A stretch of 64,000 nucleotides of DNA from Antedon mediterranea (taxonomy: Eukaryota > Animalia > Echinodermata). Below the pieces are notes generated by a model. It was not told where the DNA came from. It ran no database searches and saw only the letters and a program-made list of their open reading frames with translations. The DNA is taken from contig NC_092678.1 in the NCBI RefSeq assembly GCF_964355755.1, positions 9,732,352 to 9,796,351 of the forward strand, read 5' to 3'. This document shows, piece after piece, positions 1 through 9,485 of the stretch (position 1 is its first letter; every line of letters starts with the position of its first letter). Position numbers and translations under genes: made by a program.

Positions 1-127
1 GTCAGTATAGTTCACTATGTCGGTCGGTCCGTCTGTCTGTCGGTCTGTTTGTCTGTTGGTCTGTTTGTCTGTCGGTCCGGTATCACTATGCATTGTAGCA
101 CGCGACTTAATGGCTGTTGGCCTTGTT
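1..127 (+). mobile_element. 3' part of a non-autonomous Helentron/Helitron2-type element (HINE, DINE-1-like), truncated by the window edge
   Basis: GTCN/GTYT tetranucleotide microsatellite (19-78), then ACGCGACT (100-107, candidate subterminal inverted repeat), then a short hairpin GGCT-GTT-GGCC (112-122) and TTGTT. It joins the satellite inside the T-run of CGTTTTTAAAACGATATTAAG. This order of parts and insertion at TT match the HINE/DINE-1 layout. The 5' end is not visible. Confidence 0.7.
19..78 (+). repeat. Degenerate (GTCG/GTCT/GTTT)n microsatellite
   Basis: gtcggtcggtccgtctgtctgtcggtctgtttgtctgttggtctgtttgtctgtcggtcc, about 15 four-base units. Confidence 0.9.
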
Positions 128-3100
128 AAAACGATATTAAGCTATTTTGTGCTCTTTGATGTTTTTGTGTAACCAAGTTTCATCGAAATGAACAAAATGG
201 TCTAAAACGTCTCCAAATGCGATTTGAAGCTTTTCAAAGCACTTTGCTGTTTTTATGTTAACAAGTTTTTTCGAAAATCACAAAATGGTCTAAAACGTCT
301 CAAAATGCGATTTGAAGGTATTCTGAGCACTTTGGTGTTTTTGTGTGAAAAGTTTTAACGAAATGCTCAAAATGGTCTAAAACGGTTTCTAATGTGATTT
401 TAAGCACTTTGATGTTTTTGTATAACCAAGTTTCATCGAAATGCACAAAATGGTCTAAAACGTCTCCAAATGCGATTTGAAGCTTTTCTAAGCACTTTGC
501 TGTTTTTATGTTAACAAGTTTTTTCGAAAATCACAAAATGGTCTAAAACGTCTCCAAATGCGATTTGAAGATATTCTGAGCACTTTGGTGTTTTTATGTT
601 AAAAAGTTTTTTCGAAAATCACAAAATGGTCTAAAACGTCTCCAAATGCGATTTGAAGCTCTTCTGTACACTTTGATGTTTTGTGTGAAAAAGTTTTGTC
701 GAAATGCTCAAAATGGTCTAAAACCTTTTTAAATACGATATTAAGCTGTTTTGTGCACTTTGATGATTTGTGTGAAAAGTTTTAACGAAATGCTCAAAAT
801 GGTCAAAAACGGTTTCTAATGTGATTTTAAGCACTTTGATGTTTTTGTGTAACCAAGTTTTTTCGAAAATCACAAAATGGTCTAAAACGTCTCCAAATGC
901 GATTTGAAGCTTTTCTAAGCACTTTGGTGTTTTTATGTTAACAAGTTTTTTCGAAAATCACAAAATGGTCTAAAACGTCTCCAAATGCGATTTGAAGCTA
1001 TTCTGTACACTTTGATGTTTTGTGTGAAAAAGTTTTGTCGAAATGCTCAAAATGGTCTAAAACGTTTTTAAAACGATATTAAGCTATTTTGTGCTCTTTG
1101 ATGTTTTTATGTAACCAAGTTTCATCGAAATGAACAAAATGGTCTAAAACGTCTCCAAATGCGATTTGAAGCTTTTCCAAGCACTTTCCTGTTTTTATGT
1201 TAACAAGTTTTTTCGAAAATCACAAAATGGTCTAAAACGTCTCAAAATGCGATTTGAAGGTATTCTGAGCACTTTGGTGTTTTTGTGTGAAAAGTTTTAA
1301 CGAAATGCTCAAAATGGTATAAAACGGTTCTAATGTGATTTTAAGCACTTTGATGTTTTTGTATAACCAAGTTTCATCGAAATGCACAAAATGGTCTAAA
1401 ACGTCTCCAAATGCGATTTGAAGCTTTTCTAAGCACTTTGGTGTTTTTATGTTAACAAGTTTTTTCGAAAATCACAAAATGGTCTAAAACGTCTCCAAAT
1501 GCGATTTGAAGATATTCTGAGCACTTTGGTGTTTTTATGTTAAAAAGTTTTTTCGAAAATCACAAAATGGTCTAAAACGTCTCCAAATGCGATTTGAAGC
1601 TATTCTGTACACTTTGATGTTTTGTGTGAAAAAAGTTTTGTCGAAATGCTCAAAATGGTCTAAAACGTTTTTAAAACGATATTAAGCTATTTTGTGCTCT
1701 TTGATGTTTTTGTGTAACCAATTTTCATCGAAATGAACAAAATGGTCTAAAACGTCTCCAAATGCGATTTGAAGCTTTTCCAAGCACTTTGCTGTTTTTA
1801 TGTTAACAAGTTTTTTCGAAAATCACAAAATGGTCTAAAACGTCTCAAAATGCGATTTGAAGGTATTCTGAGCACTTTGGTGTTTTTGTGTGAAAAGTTT
1901 TAACGAAATGCTCAAAATGGTCTAAAACGGTTTCTAATGTGATTTTAAGCACTTTGATGTTTTTGTATAACCAAGTTTCATCGAAATGCACAAAATGGTC
2001 TAAAACGTCTCCAAATGCGATTTGAAGCTTTTCTAAGCACTTTGCTGTTTTTATGTTAACAAGTTTTTTCGAAAATCACAAAATGGTCTAAAACGTCTCC
2101 AAATGCGATTTGAATATATTCTGTGCACTTTGGTGTTTTTATGTTAAAAAGTTTTTTCGAAAATCACAAAATGGTCTAAAACGTTTCCAAATGCGATTTG
2201 AAGCTCTTCTGTACACTTTGATGTTTTGTGTGAAAAAGTTTTGTCGAAATGCTCAAAATGGTCTAAAACCTTTTTAAATACGATATTAAGCTGTTTTGTG
2301 CACTTTGATGATTTGTGTGAAAAGTTTTAACGAAATGTTCAAAATGGTCTAAAACGGTTTATAATGTGATTTTAAGCACTTTGATGTTTTTGTATAACCA
2401 AGTTTCATCGAAATGCACAAAATGGTCTAAAACGTCTCCAAATGCGATTTGAAGCTTTTCTAAGCACTTTGCTGTTTTTATGTTAACAAGTTTTTTCGAA
2501 AATCACAAAATGGTCTAAAACGTCTCCAAATGCGATTTGAAGATATTCTGAGCACTTTGGTGTTTTTATATTAAAAAGTTTTTTCGAAAATCACAAAATG
2601 GTCTAAAACGTCTCCAAATGCGATTTGAAGCTCTTCTGTACACTTTGATGTTTTGTGTGAACAAGTTTTGTCGAAATGCTCAAAATGGTCTAAAACGTTT
2701 TTAAATACGATATTAAGCTGTTTTGTGCACTTTGATGATTTGTGTGAAAAGTTTTAACGAAATGCTCAAAATGGTCAAAAACGGTTTCTAATGTGATTTT
2801 AAGCACTTTGATGTTTTTGTGTAACCAAGTTTTTTCGAAAATCACAAAATGGTCTAAAACGTCTCCAAATGCGATTTGAAGCTTTTCTAAGCACTTTGGT
2901 GTTTTTATGTTAACAAGTTTTTTCGAAAATCACAAAATGGTCTAAAACGTCTCCAAATGCGATTTGAAGATATTCTGAGAACTTTGGTGTTTTTATGTTA
3001 AAAAGTTTTTTCGAAAATCACAAAATGGTCTAAAACGTCTCCAAATGCGATTTGAAGCTATTCTGTACACTTTGATGTTTTATGTGAAAAAAGTTTTGTC

Positions 3101-6100
3101 GAAATGCTCAAAATGGTCTAAAACGTTTTTAAAACGATATTAAGCTATTTTGTGCTCTTTGATGTTTTTGTGTAACCAAGTTTCATCGAAATGAACAAAA
3201 TGGTCTAAAACGTCTCCAAATGCTATTTGAAGCTTTTCCAAGCACTTTGCTGTTTTTATGTTAACAAGTTTTTTCGAAAATCACAAAATGGTCTAAAACG
3301 TCTCAAAATGCGATTTGAAGGTATTCTGAGCACTTTGGTGTTTTTGTGTGAAAAGTTTTAACGAAATGCTCAAAATGGTCTAAAACGGTTTCTAATGTGA
3401 TTTTAAGCACTTTGATGTTTTTGTATAACCAAGTTTCATCGAAATGCACAAAATGGTCTAAAACGTCTCCAAATGCGATTTGAAGCTTTTCTAAGCACTT
3501 TGCTGTTTTTATGTTAACAAGTTTTTTCGAAAATCACAAAATGGTCTAAAACGTCTCCAAATGCGATTTGAAGATATTCTGAGCACTTTGGTGTTTTTAT
3601 GTTAAAAAGTTTTTTCGAAAATTACAAAATGGTCTAAAATTTCTCCAAATGCGATTTGAAGCTCTTCTGTACACTTTGATGTTTTGTGTGAAAAAGTTTT
3701 GTCGAAATGCTCAAAATGGTCTAAAACGTTTTTAAATACGATATTAAGCTGTCTTGTGCACTTTGATGATTTGTGTGAAAAGTTTTAACGAAATGCTCAA
3801 AATGGTCAAAAACGGTTTCTAATGTGATTTTAAGCACTTTGATGTTTTTGTGTAACCAAGTTTTTTCGAAAATCACAAAATGGTCTAAAACGTCTCCAAA
3901 TGCGATTTGAAGATATTCTGAGCACTTTGGTGTTTTTATGTTAAAAAAGTTTTTTCGAAAATCACAAAATGGTCTAAAACGTCTCCAAATGCGATTTGAA
4001 GCTATTCTGTACACTTTGATGTTTTGTGTGAAAAAGTTTTTGTCAAAATGCTCAAAATGGTCTAAAACGTTTTTAAAACGATATTAAGCTATTTTGTGCT
4101 CTTTGATTTTTTTGTATAACCAAGTTTTTTCGAAAATCACAAAATGGTCTAAAACGTCTCCAAATGCGATTTGAAGCTTTTCCAAGCACTTTGCTGTTTT
4201 TATGTTAACAATTTTTTTCGAAAATCACAAAATGGTCTAAAACGTCTCCAAATGCGATTTGAAGCTATTCTGTACACTTTGATATTTTGTGTGAAAAAGT
4301 TTTGTCGAAATGCTCAAAATGGTCTAAAACGTTTTTAAAACGATATTAAGCTATTTTGTGCTCTTTGATGTTTTTGTGTAACCAAGTTTCATCGAAATGA
4401 ACAAAATGGTCTAAAACGTCTCCAAATGCTATTTGAAGCTTTTCCAAGCACTTTGCTGTTTTTATGTTAACAAGTTTTTTCGAAAATCACAAAATGGTCT
4501 AAAACGTCTCCAAATGCGATTTGAATATATTCTGAGCACTTTGGTGTTTTTAAGTTAAAAAGTTTTTTCGAAAATCACAAAATGGTCTAAAACGTCTCCA
4601 AATGCGATTTGAAGCTCTTCTGTACACTTTGATGTTTTGTGTGAAAAAGTTTTGTCGAAATGCTCAAAATGGTCTAAAACCTTTTTAAATACGATATTAA
4701 GCTGTTTTGTGCACTTTGATGATTTGTGTGAAAAGTTTTAACGAAATGTTCAAAATGGTCTAAAACGGTTTATAATGTGATTTTAAGCACTTTGATGTTT
4801 TTGTATAACCAAGTTTCATCGAAATGCACAAAATGGTCTAAAACGTCTCCAAATGCGATTTGAAGCTTTTCTAAGCACTTTGCTGTTTTTATGTTAACAA
4901 GTTTTTTCGAAAATCACAAAATGGTCTAAAACGTCTCCAAATGCGATTTGAAGATATTCTGAGCACTTTGGTGTTTTTATATTAAAAAGTTTTTTCGAAA
5001 ATCACAAAATGGTCTAAAACGTCTCCAAATGCGATTTGAAGCTCTTCTGTACACTTTGATGTTTTGTGTGAACAAGTTTTGTCGAAATGCTCAAAATGGT
5101 CTAAAACGTTTTTAAATACGATATTAAGCTGTTTTGTGCACTTTGATGATTTGTGTGAAAAGTTTTAACGAAATGCTCAAAATGGTCAAAAACGGTTTCT
5201 AATGTGATTTTAAGCACTTTGATGTTTTTGTGTAACCAAGTTTTTTCGAAAATCACAAAATGGTCTAAAACGTCTCCAAATGCGATTTGAAGCTTTTCTA
5301 AGCACTTTGGTGTTTTTATGTTAACAAGTTTTTTCGAAAATCACAAAATGGTCTAAAACGTCTCCAAATGCGATTTGAAGATATTCTGAGAACTTTGGTG
5401 TTTTTATGTTAAAAAGTTTTTTCGAAAATCACAAAATGGTCTAAAACGTCTCCAAATGCGATTTGAAGCTATTCTGTACACTTTGATGTTTTATGTGAAA
5501 AAAGTTTTGTCGAAATGCTCAAAATGGTCTAAAACGTTTTTAAAACGATATTAAGCTATTTTGTGCTCTTTGATGTTTTTGTGTAACCAAGTTTCATCGA
5601 AATGAACAAAATGGTCTAAAACGTCTCCAAATGCTATTTGAAGCTTTTCCAAGCACTTTGCTGTTTTTATGTTAACAAGTTTTTTCGAAAATCACAAAAT
5701 GGTCTAAAACGTCTCAAAATGCGATTTGAAGGTATTCTGAGCACTTTGGTGTTTTTGTGTGAAAAGTTTTAACGAAATGCTCAAAATGGTCTAAAACGGT
5801 TTCTAATGTGATTTTAAGCACTTTGATGTTTTTGTATAACCAAGTTTCATCGAAATGCACAAAATGGTCTAAAACGTCTCCAAATGCGATTTGAAGCTTT
5901 TCTAAGCACTTTGCTGTTTTTATGTTAACAAGTTTTTTCGAAAATCACAAAATGGTCTAAAACGTCTCCAAATGCGATTTGAAGATATTCTGAGCACTTT
6001 GGTGTTTTTATGTTAAAAAGTTTTTTCGAAAATTACAAAATGGTCTAAAACGTCTCCAAATGCGATTTGAAGCTCTTCTGTACACTTTGATGTTTTGTGT

Positions 6101-7012
6101 GAAAAAGTTTTGTCGAAATGCTCAAAATGGTCTAAAACGTTTTTAAATACGATATTAAGTTGTCTTGTGCACTTTGATGATTTGTGTGAAAAGTTTTAAC
6201 GAAATGCTCAAAATGGTCAAAAACGGTTTCTAATGTGATTTTAAGCACTTTGATGTTTTTGTGTAACCAAGTTTTTTCGAAAATCACAAAATGGTCTAAA
6301 ACGTCTCCAAATGCGATTTGAAGATATTCTGAGCACTTTGGTGTTTTTATGTTAAAAAGTTTTTTCGAAAATCACAAAATGGTCTAAAACGTCTCCAAAT
6401 GCGATTTGAAGCTATTCTGTACACTTTGATGTTTTGTGTGAAAAAAGTTTTGTCGAAATGCTCAAAATGGTCTAAAACGTTTTTAAAACGATATTAAGCT
6501 ATTTTATGCTCTTTGATGTTTTTGTGTAACCAAGTTTCATCGAAATGAACAAAATGGTCTAAAACGTCTCCAAATGCGATTTGAAGCTTTTCCAAGCACT
6601 TTGCTGTTTTTATGTTAACAGGTTTTTTCGAAAATCACAAAATGGTCTAAAACGTCTCAAAATGCGATTTGAAGGTATTCTGAGCACTTTGGTGTTTTTG
6701 TGTGAAAAGTTTTAACGAAATGCTCAAAATGGTCTAAAACGGTTTCTAATGTGATTTGAAGCACTTTGATGTTTTTGTATAACCAAGTTTCATCGAAATG
6801 CACAAAATGGTCTAAAACGTCTCCAAATGCGATTTGAAGCTTTTCTAAGCACTTTGCTGTTTTTATGTTAACAAGTTTTTTCGAAAATCACAAAATGGTC
6901 TAAAACGTCTCCAAATGCGATTTGAAGGTCTTCTGTACACTTTGATGTTTTGTGTGAAAAAGTTTTGTCAAAATGCTCAAAATGGTCTAAAACGTTTTTA
7001 AAACGATATTAA
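126..7012. repeat. Satellite DNA array, left block (86-88 bp and 77-78 bp monomers)
   Basis: The core TGGTC(T/A)AAAAC recurs at 198, 286, 373, 451, 539, 627, 714, 800 and 878 (spacings 88, 87, 78, 88, 88, 87, 86, 78) and continues to the insertion at 7012. Confidence 0.98.
7009..7012. repeat. Left TTAA target-site duplication
   Basis: The satellite site CGATA-TTAA-GCTAT is split: CGATATTAA on the left of the insert and TTAAGCTAT on the right. Confidence 0.93.
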
Positions 7013-7028
7013 AGATGTATTGTCCCCC
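7013..7028 (+). repeat. Left terminal inverted repeat
   Basis: AGATGTATTGTCCCCC; the reverse complement of 9466-9481 is AGATGTATTGTCTCCC. Confidence 0.93.
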
Positions 7029-7066
7029 AAAAAATGAAAAATAAAGATGAAAAAAATCAAATTTTA

Positions 7067-7109
7067 AATAGACCGTTTTGTAGTTAACATAAAGTTATTC
7101 ACTTCCACC
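7067..7109 (+). repeat. Left subterminal inverted repeat
   Basis: AATAGACCGTTTTGTAGTTAACATAAAGTTATTCACTTCCACC aligns with the reverse complement of 9392-9434 (AATAGGCCATTTTAATTGCACATAAAAGTTATTCACTTTGACC), including an exact AAAGTTATTCACTT. Confidence 0.85.
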
Positions 7110-7333
7110 GAAAAAAAATCCGAAAAAAATATTGATTTCGCTTATAAAAAAATCAAAATAAATTTACCATTTTTTCGAACTCATCGGCTCAGAAATTAGG
7201 CCGCTAACTCATACATATGCATGATATGTTAATGAGCATCCACACAGCAGAGATCTGATCTAACAATGGACGATGCACGTTGTATGGTACAACAACACCA
7301 CCAGAGATCGACGCGACTGTGGGTTTCCCTGGG

Positions 7334-8099
7334 ATGGCTGATCGTATAAATATGTTAAAAGCTGAGCTGTTAATTTGTCGGTATGTAGGCCTAGACGGTT
7401 ATTTTAAATATAATAATATATATAACGGAATAATAACAGGAAGGTAAATTAATTAACTTAGCCTGGGATTTTTTCAGTTCAGGGCTAGGCCTAGAATAAT
7501 TAATAAATGCTGCTGCATATTACTAGGCTAGTAGCAAGCAGACTGTGACAATCGGGTCCCTGCAGAAGATGCCCAGCTAGGCCCTATACATTGTACTCTT
7601 CATAGACTGGCCTAGGCTATATGCCATCAATCTTAGCTACATTCCGAAAATACAGCCAGCTTGCTGTACCATATATATTTACAGTTGAAGCTTGTTTAAC
7701 TAATGTTTATGATAAAAATAAAACAAACATTTTTCAGGGAAAATGGTTGCAATACAAGCCTGAAATTGAGAACCTTCCAGCAGCACTGTACAAGTAGACA
7801 CAGGGGAAAAGCCAGCTTAGCCATTTTACAACACAAACAAATGTTCTCTGTGTACTGTAGTAAGTCAAATATTTATTTTCTATTTTTATAAGTTATAACA
7901 TTATAAGTAATGTGTTTTAATTACCATAGAAAGGTAGTATACTTATTTGACTATGTCAAAGTAAGCAATTTCACTAGCCCAATTTTGCACTAAATATGCA
8001 TGATATATTTTTTCCATATTTTCATACTTTGCTTTTACTTTTTTTAAAGACGTTGAGCTGATGAAGACTGGAACAGAGGTCACCCAAAGACAACAATGA
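7334..8099 (+). CDS. Putative spliced 72-aa protein with a CX4CX11HX4H zinc-finger-like motif; exons 7334-7380, 7738-7859, 8050-8099
   Basis: ATG in GGGATGG context. Donors GTATGT (7381) and GTAAGT (7860). Acceptors TTTTTCAG (ends 7737, branch-like CTAAT at 7700) and T-tract-AAAG (ends 8049). Phases are compatible. Product: MADRINMLKAELLICRENGCNTSLKLRTFQQHCTSRHRGKASLAILQHKQMFSVYCNVELMKTGTEVTQRQQ. Manual prediction only; no homology or expression evidence. Confidence 0.4.
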
Positions 8100-8254
8100 T
8101 AGACTCGGTATTGGAATATGATTGGATATTGCAGGAAAAATATTTCTGACTCTCCTGCTGCATTCGGCCAATATGTTCTTGTCCAGCTTGTAAAATATTG
8201 TATGATTTTTTTTGTATTATATGTACAGTATATTATTTTGTAAACAAAACATTC

Positions 8255-8260
8255 AATAAA
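8255..8260 (+). terminator. Candidate polyadenylation signal AATAAA
   Basis: Overlapping AATAAATAAA about 155 nt after the predicted TGA at 8097-8099. The region is AT-rich, so a chance match is possible. Confidence 0.35.
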
Positions 8261-8360
8261 TAAAAAAAACTACTACAACAGTACACAGGATAAATTCTTC
8301 AAATTTACTTACACTTCATAATTTTACTGTAAATATTACAGTGCAAAAGGAGTTAATAAA

Positions 8361-8394
8361 ATATATATATACAGTATATATATATACAGTATAT
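8361..8394. repeat. Short tandem duplication (ATATATATATACAGT)x2
   Basis: 15-bp unit at 8361-8375 and 8376-8390, followed by ATAT. Confidence 0.8.
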
Positions 8395-8859
8395 CTTATT
8401 GAATTCCTGTATTGTTTTTTGTGTCAATTTGTCTACTAATTATCAATGTGTTGATTGTGGCAGTAATTACGACAGCTATAGTCTTCTAAGATCGCTCACA
8501 TCCATTACAAAGTGTCATTTTAATTGAAAGAAATGTTTCAATAAATTGTGAATGTTGCCACTGTACGATACATTTTATGTTTCTCACTACTTGCTCTTAA
8601 TATTGTTCAATCAATCAACCTAAAAAAAAAAAGAAATTTGTGTCAAAATATCTGCATTTTGCGGAATGTTAATTTGAACCTATTGCATTTGATACAGAAA
8701 ATATTTTTAAAATATTGCATCAGTAAAACATCCAAAACAATATTTAGATTTTCTTTTTTTTTAAATTTTCACTGCCGAATAGATAGTTGAAATCTTTAAA
8801 AATTAAACCAATTCATCATGATTAAAACAAAAATACATCCCTTCTGGTGGTGGTCTACT

Positions 8860-9025
8860 GTAGCCCTAGCTAGCAGTGTACTGCCTAGGCCTACTACTAC
8901 ACTCTACTTCTAGAGACAGAAGTAGGCAGCAGTTAGGCTACTCGAGACTGTCAGTGCTAGTAGTACTAGGGCCTAGGCCTAGTAGTACAGTAGCAGCAAA
9001 TTCGGGCCTAGGCCTAGCTAGGCCT
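8860..9025. repeat. Cluster of TAGGCCTA/CTAG/TAGTA low-complexity palindromic motifs
   Basis: GCCTAGGCCTAC, CTAGGGCCTAGGCCTAGTAG and GGGCCTAGGCCTAGCTAGGCCT; a similar cluster lies at 7386-7620. Confidence 0.75.
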
Positions 9026-9391
9026 CTCCTGTTAGCGAAACAAAAACTCACCTAAATGAATAAGATTCAACATCAAAGTTACCAACTGTAATTCTAACTT
9101 AGCATTCTGCTAGCTATAGTTTTCGTGTTTTCTTCAAGATTCGTCTCGCATCACTACTCGACTCTCTCGCACGCATGGCATTGCTATCGTTGTTGGCTGT
9201 TGATTTGGAAAGCGTCATCATCCACACGATGTATCCATACAATATGATAATATTTATGAGCTAACTCAGGTCAAGGGTTAAATTAAACCGGAACACATTT
9301 GTCTTCCAGACAAATAGCTTCCGGTTGGTTAATTTTTGCATTAAATTGCGATTTTCCCGTGTAAAAAATTATTTTTTTCAATCCAAATTGA

Positions 9392-9434
9392 GGTCAAAGT
9401 GAATAACTTTTATGTGCAATTAAAATGGCCTATT
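9392..9434 (-). repeat. Right subterminal inverted repeat
   Basis: Inverted partner of 7067-7109. Confidence 0.85.
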
Positions 9435-9465
9435 CAACAAAAATATCGAAAAAAAAAAAATTTCA

Positions 9466-9481
9466 GGGAGACAATACATCT
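9466..9481 (-). repeat. Right terminal inverted repeat
   Basis: GGGAGACAATACATCT, immediately followed by TTAA. Confidence 0.93.
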
Positions 9482-9485
9482 TTAA
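9482..9485. repeat. Right TTAA target-site duplication
   Basis: TTAA followed by GCTATTTTGTGCTC, the satellite continuation. Confidence 0.93.

Larger units (their letters stand above)
7013..9481. mobile_element. Non-autonomous TIR DNA transposon, Kolobok-like, 2,469 bp
   Basis: Flanked by TTAA at 7009-7012 and 9482-9485. Terminal inverted repeats AGATGTATTGTCCCCC and GGGAGACAATACATCT match 15/16. Termini are 5'-AG...CT-3' (RR...YY), the Kolobok pattern, whereas piggyBac is usually CC...GG. No long ORF. Removing it restores an intact monomer like those at about 9961-10040 and 32901-32980. Confidence 0.85.

Noticed and set aside
270-285. CENP-B box suggested by TTCG in TTTTCGAAAATCAC
   Set aside because: It lacks the remaining required positions of TTCGNNNNANNCGGG.
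7311-7318. ACGCGACT identical to the HINE subterminal motif at 100-107
   Set aside because: An isolated 8-mer with no microsatellite or hairpin nearby; most likely chance.
7703-7891. 62-aa ORF as a stand-alone gene
   Set aside because: Its ends are AT-rich and intron-like. Only 7738-7859, between splice signals, is retained as a candidate exon.
8548-8790. 80-aa ORF
   Set aside because: GTG start, runs through a poly-A tract, has low-complexity AT-driven composition and no recognisable motif.
9052-9090. Minus-strand peptide TVGNFDVESYSF resembling a PYxFEP-like motif of Kolobok proteins
   Set aside because: Too short, with an in-frame stop just upstream; not supportable without a profile search.
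7013-9481. piggyBac assignment based on the TTAA duplication
   Set aside because: The termini are AG...CT, not the CC...GG typical of piggyBac, and there is no piggyBac transposase remnant. Kolobok fits better.
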